NCBI GenBank assembly: GCA_043228905.1
Contig: JBHGNT010000011.1
Coordinates: 22,180,349-22,244,348 of the forward strand
DNA from: Azolla caroliniana
Taxonomy: Eukaryota > Plantae > Polypodiophyta
DNA length: 64,000 nt
Direction: 5' to 3'
Both the position numbers and the translations under genes were made by a program. Positions within the stretch are counted from its first letter, which is position 1; each line of letters starts with the position of its first letter. The notes beneath the pieces were generated by a model. It saw nothing but the letters and a program-made list of their open reading frames with translations. It had not been told where the DNA came from and ran no database searches. Below are positions 15,601 through 27,600 of the stretch, piece after piece.

Positions 15601-18600
15601 AACTACTTGCTTAACTTGGAGATATTCTTTGTTGGTATACTAAAACTCAACAATGGTTCATATCACGTGTCATAAACATAAATGCGTTACCCCCAGTCCA
15701 AAATAGGATGGGCCCATATAAACATGACGAAACTGGAAAAGAAGATTAAGTTAGAAAACAAAATAACATGTAACACCACCCAACATCTTTTGCTAGGAAG
15801 ATAGTCCACTATAAGACACCTTTTACAAACATTGGAGGATGGATTCCATCATTAGGACCTCTTATAGGGCAGATGCGAGCTTCTTCACATCAGTTAGAGA
15901 TTGTGGTTAGGCAGATAAGCTTAAGATTAGACCAAAATAACAAAATAAGACAAAACACTTTCGAGCCCATTAGCTGATGGTCAATAGCAAATTGTTGTGC
16001 ACGTAGCCCCCAAGTTTGTGGACCGTGATCCCTCCCGCCCATGTCATCGGCAGGTCAAGGCCATCATTACTTCCCTTGCTTCGTAGATCTTTGCATTTTG
16101 GATATACCAGAGATATTTGATGACAAAAATTACAATCTTTGTATCTTTATTTGCTTTTTGTTTGTTCTGAAAGGAAGACAGATTATGATATAATATCTTG
16201 TCTGGTCTTATAGGGCATTTTGGCCTGCTGAAAGACGTTATTGTGTAAACGCGTGTGCGTGTGCCTACTTGAGTGGGATCATGGGGAACCTGAACCAGGG
16301 AGGATGTGATCCCATGTGAGAAGACCCTTAAAATCCCTTCGTGGGTCACCTCGTACAGTTTTCCCCTTTATGTAAATTAGCATTGTCGAGAATAAAGGCT
16401 TGCTTTAGTCGAGGGTGGTCCAAACTCAGGCTTTGAGGTTAGCTCAGGCTTGAAGGCTCACTGTAGTTGAGGTTAGCTCAGATTCAAATGCTTGCTGGAG
16501 TCAAACATTTGTTGGACTCGAAGACTCATCAGAGTCGAACATTCATTGGACACAATGTGTCCTTAACGACTTGGCTGTTTGCCTTTTATTATTATATAAA
16601 TGCTTTCTTTCACATATATTCACTTTATGTGGCTGTATCTCTTTCCCCCTTTCCCCTGTTTCTACCTTTGGACCTGCCACATTACGACAAGGTTAATCTG
16701 TCGCTCTCTCATGCTACAAGTCAATCACTCCTCAAACACGCTTCTGTTAGCTCTATCGCGCCTACTCATTCTACAAGTCAATCAATGCCTGTGCAAATGG
16801 GCTTCTGAGTAGAACACTAGATCCGCCAATACCAATTTTTGTGCATAGGCTGTCTTGTGGACCACTATCTTGCCACTCCTGTCATCGACAGATGAAAGCC
16901 ATTATCTGCTGCCATAGCAGGTGCTTTTTTCGTTTTGGAGATGTCTCCATTTTTCAACTTTTGAGGAAAAAAATACAATCTATCCGATTTGAGAATCTTG
17001 ATTCGCTTTTATTTTTCTTTACATTTATTTGGTTTTGGTGTCTTGTAACTTTTATTTTAAGTTGTAAAATCTTGGTGGTCTTATAGGCTAGTTTGGCTCC
17101 TTAAAAGGTGGTAATATATCCTTCTTTTTCTTCTCTAATCAATAATTCAGTATTAAAATTTATTTCCATTCCTTGCTGATGTGACAGGTTATTGATTATT
17201 CTGTGATTATGCGATCTCCTGGTCATGGAAATGAGGGACGTGCCTCTTTGATTCGTAAAATGTGGCATGATCGCATACGTGGCACAAAAAGGAATGTGGA
17301 GGTAAAGAACAAGTGATTGTTTAGATGCTCTTTTAATTGCTTTTGAAATTGGGTTAAAATCTTCTGGAACTATTGTTACTGATACATGTTTTTCATATCA
17401 GGTATGGCATCCGCTGCTGGCAGTCCGAGCTCTTGTTCTGCCCCCTGAAGAAGATGTTGAAACGTGGCTGAAATTTGTTTCTCTTTGCCGAAAGAGTGGT
17501 CGTATTGATCAGTCTCGAGTCACATTGGACCTTTTGTTGGTATTTTGCTATTGTCTATTGTCTATTGTCTTAACCAAATGGTTGTAACTTCTTCTAACTG
17601 CAGTTCTTTTCAGGAGCATGATGATTCATCATCCCCAACTACCTATGCACACCGCCAGATTCCTCAAGTAACATATGCTTACTTGAAATATGAGTGGTAT
17701 TCAGGGAAAAAACCTGGAGATGATAAAAAACGGGTTGCAGCATTCAGTCAATTACAGGTATCTGTTCAATGCTATTCATCAACCTAAAGTTCATGATATT
17801 CCAGTTGTGCCTCATCTTGAATAGCGTAATGTGTAAGTGTTTGGTAGAAAAAAAACAAGAAACAAAGAGAGAAGAAAGAAAGAAATATTAACGTCTTTTA
17901 ATAGGCCAAAATGGCCTATAAGACCAAATAAGAGATTACATCTTAAGTGTTGTCTCGTCTTTGAGAACAAATCATAATAAAATAAATATTACACAGTAAA
18001 TATAAAAGTAAATAACATGAAAAGAAAAGAAATGAGGGAATCTGGTTTTTCGCACATTTGAGATCCTCAAGTTAGGTATATTGTAGCTTTTGTCTTCGAA
18101 AAGATCTCTAGCATAGGTCGATCCAGAATGGAAATGTCTCCGAAGCAAGGGAAGCACCTATGATGGCAGGAGATAATGGCTTTTATCTGTCGATGACAAG
18201 GGTGTCAAGGTCGTGGTCCATTGGGGGGGGGAGAGAGAGAGAGAGAGAGAGAAATTAACGTCTTTTAAGAGGCCAAAATGGCCTATAACACCAAACAAGA
18301 TATCACATCTTAAGTGGATGTAATGAAGTTTGTAGATGCCCTATCACACTGCGCAACACATAGGATATATGTATGTCCATTATGGTGGCCTGAGTTTTAA
18401 GAGGCCAAGATGGCCTATAAGACCAAACAAGAGATTGCATCGAGAGTATTGTGTCATCTTTGAGAACAAACAAAGCAAAATAAATGTTACTAACATTCTC
18501 AAAATGTGTGGAATAAATGTAGTGACATCACTAAAAGCTTTTATCCAGCTGACCTTGCACCAGCTGGGTCTTGGTTCTCTAAAACAAAACTGAAGAAATA

Positions 18601-21600
18601 GAAATAAAGAATACAATTTCACTAAATAGAAATAGAAATAGAAATGGTTCTCTCTCTCTCTATATATAAAGCAAGAATGTCTATTGATCGTATCCAACCT
18701 TATCTCATTACCAGTATGAGTAGCAATGCTTGTAGAGCCCTTACACTACTTCGCCCTCGATCTCACAAGTTAGGTATTGAAGTTGCATCATGGTATCAAA
18801 ATGTAACAAATTTGAAGACATGTAAAGTATGCAATGAAGGCATGGTAGAGGATGAATGTCACTTGCTCTTCACATGCTCGACATATAGTGCAATTCGTTC
18901 AAGATATGTTGACATACTAAGAGGGAGTGATAACTTAAGATCCATACTTAAGACACCACCTAGAAGGTTGAGCTCATATGTGTATGCTTTATTAACACAT
19001 AAAGACTTTGTGCTTCAACATATGAATACCCCTTCTTAGGAAGGAGACATATATCAAGAATGCATGTATACTCTGGTCCCACAGGTCAAAATTGGCCTCT
19101 TTATGGACGATAAAAATTCTAATTCTAATTCTAATTCTCTCTGATTCTGGAATCAGAATTGAGTATATGGGCAGAGCAAAATGGCTGCCGTTCAATTGGA
19201 CAGGCAGGCTTTCGGAAGGGTTTCACAACTTTGGATCACATATTCACCCTCCGGGCCCTTATTGAGGAGGGCAGAGCCCACAATAAGAGGATTTATTGCT
19301 GCTTTGTGGATTTCCGAAAAGCCTTTGACACTGTGCCACGTGCTCGGCTTATGCAGCGGCTAGAGGCCATTGGTGTTCCTATAGATATGCAATGGGGAAT
19401 CTATGCACTCTATGAATCTGTTTCAGGAAAAGTTCGGTCTCCTAAGGGCTTGTTAGAGGTGGTGGCCAGCACAATTGGCGTGAAGCAAGGATGCCCACTA
19501 TCCCCCACACTCTTCGGTCTCTATATAGATGAGGTATCACAGTACATAGAGAGATTTGGTGGTTCCGGAGCACACCTAGCAGGTATACCTATACAGATAT
19601 TACTATATGCTGATGATATTGTGCTGATCTCTGACTCTCCGGAGGGACTACAAAGACATCTAAATGCCTTAAAACTATTTTGTACGGACAAAGGTTTGTC
19701 AATCAACATGAATAAAACTAAAGTGATGGTTTTTAACACCACCCAAGCATGGGTAACAAGATCAGAACCAGAATTCTTCTTGGGAGAGGAAAAGGTGGAA
19801 TACACACGCTCCTACACATACCTAGGAGTAACATTTACAGGACCTAGGTTCTCCTTACAGGAGGCCGCTTGTGCCCGACTTTCTCGTGGATATGCAGCCC
19901 TGGGTGCTCTCGAAAGACAATGTGCACATTTGCAGTTCCAAGAGCCACGGACTAAGCTGTGGTTATTTGATACACTTGTCACACCAACTCTTCTCTATGG
20001 AGTAGAGACATGGGGACCGAGTCTTAACAAGGCAAATCATTGGAAAGATTTAGAGAGACCTTTAGTGTCAATGATTGCTCGCATGATAAGGAGCAAAGCA
20101 TCGGTGCCCCACGATATAATCCAGGCAGAGATGGGAGCAACACCTATAATAACCGAGGCATTGTTCCGATCAGTGACATTTATCCAACATCTTTGGGAGC
20201 TCCCTAAACGAAGGTACCCAAGGTTGGCACTTATGTCATCAAGACAATTGATTGAAAATGGAGACACTCATTGTTGGTATGCTGAAATGCAGCAATGGTT
20301 CGCGTCACATGGCATGAGTATAAATGCACTACCCCCGTTCCAATATAGCTTGGACTGTCCCCATCTCAATATGACCAAAGTGGAAAAGAATAGAGTGATC
20401 CGAACTGATATTATTAACTTAGAAAACAAGATAACATGGATCAGCCCCAAAATAGCACTTGGTACAAAGATGGCCCACTATAAGACACACTTCTTACGTA
20501 CATCGGAGGATGGATTTGTCATAAGGCCACCTTATATGGACATACATCTATCCTATGCGTTGCGTAGTGTGATAGGGCAGCTGCGAACCTCATCACATCA
20601 GCTACAGATTGAGGTGGGCAGATATACACGACTACCTCTAGAAGAGAGAATTTGCCAATTGTGTTATCAAGGAGTGGAATCTGAAGAACACTACGTTTGT
20701 CATTGTAGTGTCTTTTATGAAATCAGAGGGAGATACCATTGCCTCTTTAAACAAGGCTTTGGCCCACTACGCAAGGTAATGGAATATGAGGACCAAAGAT
20801 GCCTAGGACTTTTCTTGCTCGAGCTCAAGAGACATCGGGAAAAGTTGTTGAAGAATATAGCCACACAAGCTCATCCACAAAGAACAATCATAACTTTCTT
20901 TAGCTCCATCACTCCTAATGCTAGAAGTCAACCCCAGGATACAGAAATGGGATCCAAACCAAGATATAACAAAGGGGTTACGATTGATCGGGCAATGGCA
21001 ATTTGCCGTGCACGTAGGCCCCGGCCCCATGGACCACGACCCCGACACCCTTGTCATCGACAAATAAAAGCCATTATCTCCCGCCATCGTAGGTGCTTCC
21101 CTCGCTTTGGAGACATTTCCATTCTGGATCGACCTATGATAGAGATCTTTCGGAGACAAAAGCTACAATACACCTAACTTGAGAATCTCGCATGTGCCAA
21201 AAACCAGATTCTCTCGTCTCTTTTCTCTTCATCTTATTTACTTTTATATTTATTGTGTAATATTTACTTTATTTTGATTTTTTCTCAAAGACGAGAAAAC
21301 ATTTAAGATGTAATCTCTTATTCGGTCTTATAGGCCATTTTGGCCTCTTAAAAGACGTTAATATATCTTTCTTTCTTTCTTTCTTTCTCTGTACAATGTC
21401 TGTTAAGACAGAATGAGAAATCACATATTTCAATGTTTTGTTGTTTTTGAGGACAAACAGCCAAAAGAAATATATCTATACAAGTAGAACTGCCTAAGGT
21501 ACCCGAGAATCTGGTTAGCTAAACACTTAATGTGCTGAATCTAAACGAACTGAAATGTTAACCTCCAAAACATCTCCAACATGGGCTGATTCAAGATAGA

Positions 21601-24600
21601 GACATCTCTGTGAAGTTCTTCATTTTTCAATGATGAGGTTATGGTCTTGATGGCAGGGCACATGAATGCGACAAATTGCTAGTGTCTGATCTATTGTCAT
21701 GAGTAAAGTTGTGATGGAATGGTGTCGTGATGATTTTCGTCCATAGTGAGAAAACCGAGTGGGATAAAGAAAATGGGGATGTGCAACGTTGCACATGCAC
21801 TTGTACATTTGTATATATAGAATAAGATAACAAAATGTAAAGGGGAAGGGCATTAACCTAAGGTGCTAAAGGTGCTCCATGGAGTTTGTTAAGTGTAAAT
21901 GTGATGTGCACTTGGTGGACTAGATAGAGTTACGTGAAGAATAAGTGAAGGGAGTAATGGGCATTGAATAGGACAGCTAGAGGAGTGAGAGTTATGGCCA
22001 AACGATCTCAAGATTGAGATCAAATATTCTCCTTTGAAAAGGAGAAGGGGGTTTGACCACTCTTGTAATGTGCCTCACCCCTTACTACTATAAAAGGGAG
22101 TGAGGGGTCACTTGTCAAGGGGTTGCCCATTTTGAGAAAGAAAGAAAGAAAGAAAGATGTATTAACGTCTTCTAAGGCTAAATTTGGCCCATGAGACAAT
22201 TGGTTTACAACAATAGAGTATTTATCCAGTCATCATAACTAAAATAAAATTAAGTAAAAAAATAGAACTTAAACTAAAAGAGTTCTAGTAGTGTACAATA
22301 TGTAGTATACTCGAAAGTGACTATACACTAAGCCTAATTTTATTTCCACCCAAGCCTCTCGAAAAGAAGTGGGGGGTCAAAGGGTCTTGATGTGGGTTCC
22401 AATGTAGAGAGTGCCCTAGCCATGGCTTCTAGGCGGTGTAGCTCACGTTCCCTTATTTTCAATATTGCTTCCACATCACGTCGAGTTGCTTTGAAACCCG
22501 GCACCCGAGGACGTCTGGTTCTTCTCTGGTTTTCTGCCTCATCAATGGAAAGGCCGAGTGGTGCAAGTGTGTCGGCATTCGTTGTCTCCTCAGGTTCTTG
22601 AAAAACTGCATTTGTTACATGTTCGTGATCATTAGCAACATTATTGTCAACATTTTGTAATTTATTCTCTCTGTGTTGTTTTAGCTCTAGAATGTATTTG
22701 CCTAATTTCTTTATATCTAGAGTATCTAATAGTTTGGGGAGGGTGGGAGACGGACCAAGTATGTCTTGGTATTTTGCCCTTATCTCGGCATAGGTTGGAC
22801 CTTGCATGTAAAGTGGTACTCATCCTCTATCTCTATGTGACATAACCTACATATCCTTTCCTCCCTAGGGACTCCACTAGTACGGCCATTTTCAATCTCA
22901 AGTTGGTGAGATGATATTCTAAGTTGTCCAATGGCAACCCTTAGTGCATGTGGTAAGAATACATCTAGATATTTTGGCCGCGTGATAAAACCTAACTCAG
23001 AGAAGTGCATGAAGTGTTTCTTATAGTACGACATTTTAGATGGGAGTGGCTCTAGTGGGGTGATCCATTTACACCGAGTGTAAATTTGCCATATTTCTTG
23101 GCGTATTACTTTATTGCGGTTCTCATGAGAGATTAAGGTGTTATCACTCGTGTGGTTCTACCTAAGGGGAGGTAGGTTATTAATGTCTAGACCATTCGCA
23201 AGAAGCCAACTCACCATCATGCCATACCATGAGCTAGTATAGCCGGACTCATACAATGATCGAGAGGCCTTAAAGGCTTGATGAGATATTCTATCATGTG
23301 GTTGGCTATGTATCCTATCAATAAAGACTACAAGTTGAAAAAGTGCCTCTACTAGCATTAGGGGTAACGTGAACTCGGCCCTAATAATGTCATGTGGTAC
23401 AGTCGATTTGCTTCAGAGTTGGCGTGATAGCATCATCACCAATGGTCTCTCTAATTGCGTTCACATGAAGGATGGTAATCCTGGAGCCCAAACCGCTGAT
23501 GCATACATGAGGGAGGGGGTCACTAATGAGTCAAAGAGCCACCCTTTAGTCCGTGGCTCTTGAAAGTGTGCTTGGTGGCATTGTCTCTCTAGGAGTGAGA
23601 GGGATGCATGTCCTCTCGTGAGTCTATCCTTCGCTGCCTGTGTCATCGAAAATTTACTTGAGCGGGCACTAAAAGTGACTCTGAGATAGACGTACGATCC
23701 AACCACCTCGACTGGGCTATGGGAGATAGTTAGGTGACACTTAGCTCTAACTTGGGCCGATGTGTGGAAGATAAGGACTTTCGTTTTCCCTAGATTCACT
23801 ACCAATCCTCGTTGTACACAAAAGTCATCTAAGGCATTAAGGTGCCTCTGTAGGTCGTGTTCGGATTCAGAGAGCAAAACTATGTCATCCGCATAGAGCA
23901 AGATACGAACCTGCGTATCCCCAAGGACCACTCCGGTGCCTCCCTCACGAGCTATATAATCTGTGATCTCATCAATGTAGATCCCAAAAAGCGTCGGTGA
24001 TAGGGGGCAACCTTGTTTTACACCAATAGTGCTAGTGAAACGATTGGATAGGCCACCTGGGCATCGGACACACCCGGACACTTGTTCATATAGTGCGTAG
24101 ATGGCCCATACCATATCATCTGGTATCCTCAAGCTTTTAAGTCTATCAAACAACCGATCTCTAGGGACTGTGTCAAAGGCTTTGCGGAAGTCCACAAAAC
24201 AACAATATAATTTCTTCTTGCGAGCCTTAGTTTGGTCAATTAGGCATCTAAGTGTGAAGATGTGATCAATAGTGGAGAAGGCTCGTCTAAAGCCAGCTTG
24301 TTCAGGTGCACGAAGGTTTAGGGTCTCCATGTAGTTGCTAAGCTCTGCTTCCATTACTGCACCATATAACTTAGCAAGGGTATGGCCTATCATAATGGTC
24401 CTATATGTATTTGGGTCCATGGGGTCCCCCCCTTTATGTATGGGGGCCACTGTATTCATAGTCCACTGTGGTGGAAAACCCTCCGCAAGGGCACGATTGA
24501 AGATTAGAGTTAGCAAGGGAGCTAGGCACTCTCTCGCATATATAATGTGTTCTGCTCGCAATCCTGTGTGGTCCATGGACTTCCTATGTTGTAATTTCTT

Positions 24601-27600
24601 TATGACCTTCATGACCCTAGAGGTCGTGAAAAGTGTCCCCGTGGTAGGCCGGGGTGTGGAAGGCATTGGAAAAGGTGGTTGGTTTGGGATTTGGTAAAGT
24701 CTCTCTATATATGTGTGCCAAGTTTCGGGATCTTCGATGGGTGTTTGTGGTCTTGGCTCCCGTAGTCTCTTCCATGACGTGGCGCAATCGCTACTCATGA
24801 GCATATGGTAGAGTTCCCAGTATTGGGATGCCTCCCACGCTCGTCTCTTACGACGTGTCATCTTACGCATTTCTTTGCGAGCTTGTATGGAGGTAATACT
24901 ACCATTGAGTTGCGATACTGTAAGTTGTCTATGTAGGTCCCTACAATCCTCGTCATACCATTTATTTTGTGGCATTGATCCTGATCTACCTTGATTTGAG
25001 TGTTTTGTATATGGGAAACTGCTAGCTGCTGCGGAGTGAAGGATGTGTGTGAGTTTTGTACTAAGGCTTTCTAACGGTAGGGAGGGATCAATGGAGGGGA
25101 GATGGGCCTGAACATGTTGAGAGTATATGTCAGAGAGCTCATGTGTGAAATGTATTGTGGTGTGATGGCATGGTTGACTAGACTTGGTGACCTTAGAGAT
25201 ATCACATTTTAGCTCGAAGTATAAGAAACTATGGTTTGCGCCAATAGGGCATGGGGCCACTCGGAAGGAGTTAATCATGTGGGTAGCTTCAGGGCGCCCT
25301 ATTAGATAGTCAACTGTGCTTTCCCCTCCTCCATGTGGGAAACATGTGAGGTCTTCCGAGCCCGGCCACTTAGCTAAACCATTATATATGACCATCTGGT
25401 GCCGACTGCCAAGTTCGAGCAGATGATGGCCAAAGCTCGTGGCGTCTGCACCTTGATCCTTTGATCTACGTGTGGTGCCTATGTCTAAAGGATCAACATT
25501 TACCATTTCTAGGTTTCTATTCATCTGAAATACTGTGCATTGTCGGGATTGGGTTCTCGCATTGAAGTCTCCTACAAGAAATACTTCTCCTTGGGAAGAA
25601 TATCAGATTATGTCATCCGATAGGGGTTCGTATGGAGAAGGCCCATGTGGCATTCCTTCATCGACTAATCTCGTCAAGCCACTAATATTATAACGGGATC
25701 CTTTTGGGGGAAAGTAACAAATGGCGAAAAATACTGCATGGTCTTTGCTTGTGGAGACTTTCACCCACATAAAACGAGCTTCTGGGTCTATCTTCATTAT
25801 TTCTATCCTATTATGTAGCTCTCTACGAAATAGTATCGCGACACCTCCAGATCCCCTAGTAGTGTGTCAACGTGAGGTTTGTCTAAAAGCAAACTCCCAA
25901 CGGAATCCTTCGACCCGTGGGAGTCCTCTATTTGGGCTCTGATGTGTTTCTACCAAGAAAAGTATATCAGATACCTTTAGTATCTCCTCTAGGCGGCCGG
26001 GGTGTGCCCAGAGTGCGCCATTACAATTCCATAGGGTCATCCTAAGTGCAATTTCTGTCACATGGGCCACACGCCGTCAGTTAGTAGTGCGATCATTTAT
26101 GATCACTCGCCTGTCTCGGTAAAAGGCGCGATGGCCTTCTTTACGAGCTTGCATAACTCGTGGCATACAACTCTTGCGATGCTCAATTTGCATCTTAGTG
26201 AGGTCTTCATCGAGTTAGATGGGGTCCCCATCCATTCCTCGAAGGATTAGTCTCTTCTTAAAGAAAGTGATTCTAGAGTCTAAGTCTTTAAATTGAAGGA
26301 CTAAGGCTCTCTTCCTAGTTGTGTCACGCCCGGCCCTCCATGCTTTGGTGATAGGTAGGGCCTCTGTGTACCCTAACATTTTCCCAAGTGTTTGTGCGTC
26401 CTCATTTGGGGATGCACCTTCCTTGAGCCCAGTGACACGTACATTTAAGCGTCGGGCCTGACGCATTTTCTCTTCTTCAAGGGTGGTATTAACAATATTT
26501 TCATCTTTTATTTCTTTTTTAATGTTTCTTTTAACCACATCTACCCAACCCGTTTTAGCTAACTCTATGTTATTATTAACTTCCTCTTTAACTTTTTTAA
26601 TTTCGTCCTTTATATCCTCTATAGAGGATATTTCACCGTCTTCTCGAGATACCTCGATGTCCTTAAGTTGTTTTTTAAGGTCGATGTTTTTTACTTTAAG
26701 TTGTTCTATTTCGGCCTTGAGGGCGTCTTTTTCCTCTCTATCTTTTTTCTTGTGGGTTTCGGTGTCTTTCACCCATTTTTTCATATCCATCTCTATTTTT
26801 GTTAAACGATTAAACATATCTAAAAAGTCCTCCTTACTTATAGCCTCGTCTTGTATATCCTTAAGTTCCTTAGTCCGTCTAGACGTCATTGTGGTGTCAA
26901 TAAGAAAAAAAAGGTAAAATAAATGGGTTCGAGACTTAGCCGAGTTTGTGTGTGTGTCGCAATCACATCGGCATTTTGTAGCACGCGACGAGCACACCAA
27001 AAGAACCCACCCACGAACTCGTCAAGAAAAAGGCACTACTTAGGTCGAGGGTTTCTCATTTCGGTTTTAGGGTTTGTTTAGGGTTTCTTCTTCATCTTCT
27101 TTACTTGCTTATCCAGTTAGGGTTTTGTTATACCGTTTGGTGCGGCCTATGCGGCCTTGGTTGTAATCTTTTGTAACTCTTAATATAGCTTGTTGATCTT
27201 CTTGCCTTGTGGGCGTATCTTGATTCTATTCTATTCTATGTTTATGTGCTATTCTTCCTCTTCTCCTCTTGAGCTAAGCTTCCATTTCTTGTCTTACTCT
27301 TTCTCTTCTACTCCCTAGTCCAAGACCCCCGTGGTCCGGCCTCGGATCCTACACGCGCTCGCGGAATATCGCGACAACGGGGTAGTGTATTTATCCTTAT
27401 GTAGCCCTTAATTGATTTGTAGTGTAAGAGGCAATAGAGCGAAATATAGTTATGATGAAATGGGGATAGTGCATTAATATATGTAGTCCTTGATTGACTT
27501 GTAGTATGAGAAGTAATAGAGCTAAATAAAGTTGTGATGGAATGGGGGGTATTGCGTTTTTACTATACCATGTGACCAGGATCATTCTTTTATTTCAGCA

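Larger units (their letters stand above)
22136..27385 (-). mobile_element. Near full-length two-ORF LINE, family C (RTEX-like), inactivated by nonsense mutations and frameshifts, antisense to TOR
   Basis: 5' UTR with GC-rich start near 27385, ORF1, APE-RT ORF2, 3' stem-loop, (TTTC)n tail at 22136-22156; 5' limit approximate and no TSD found. Confidence 0.9.

Noticed and set aside
19159-21177. Domesticated reverse transcriptase gene nested in TOR
   Set aside because: It has no native start, keeps the LINE 3' UTR and tail, and has close TE siblings; recent insertion explains the open frame.
21800-22135. LTR-like segment with ctataaaaggg
   Set aside because: No TG...CA ends, PBS, PPT, TSD or second copy was found.
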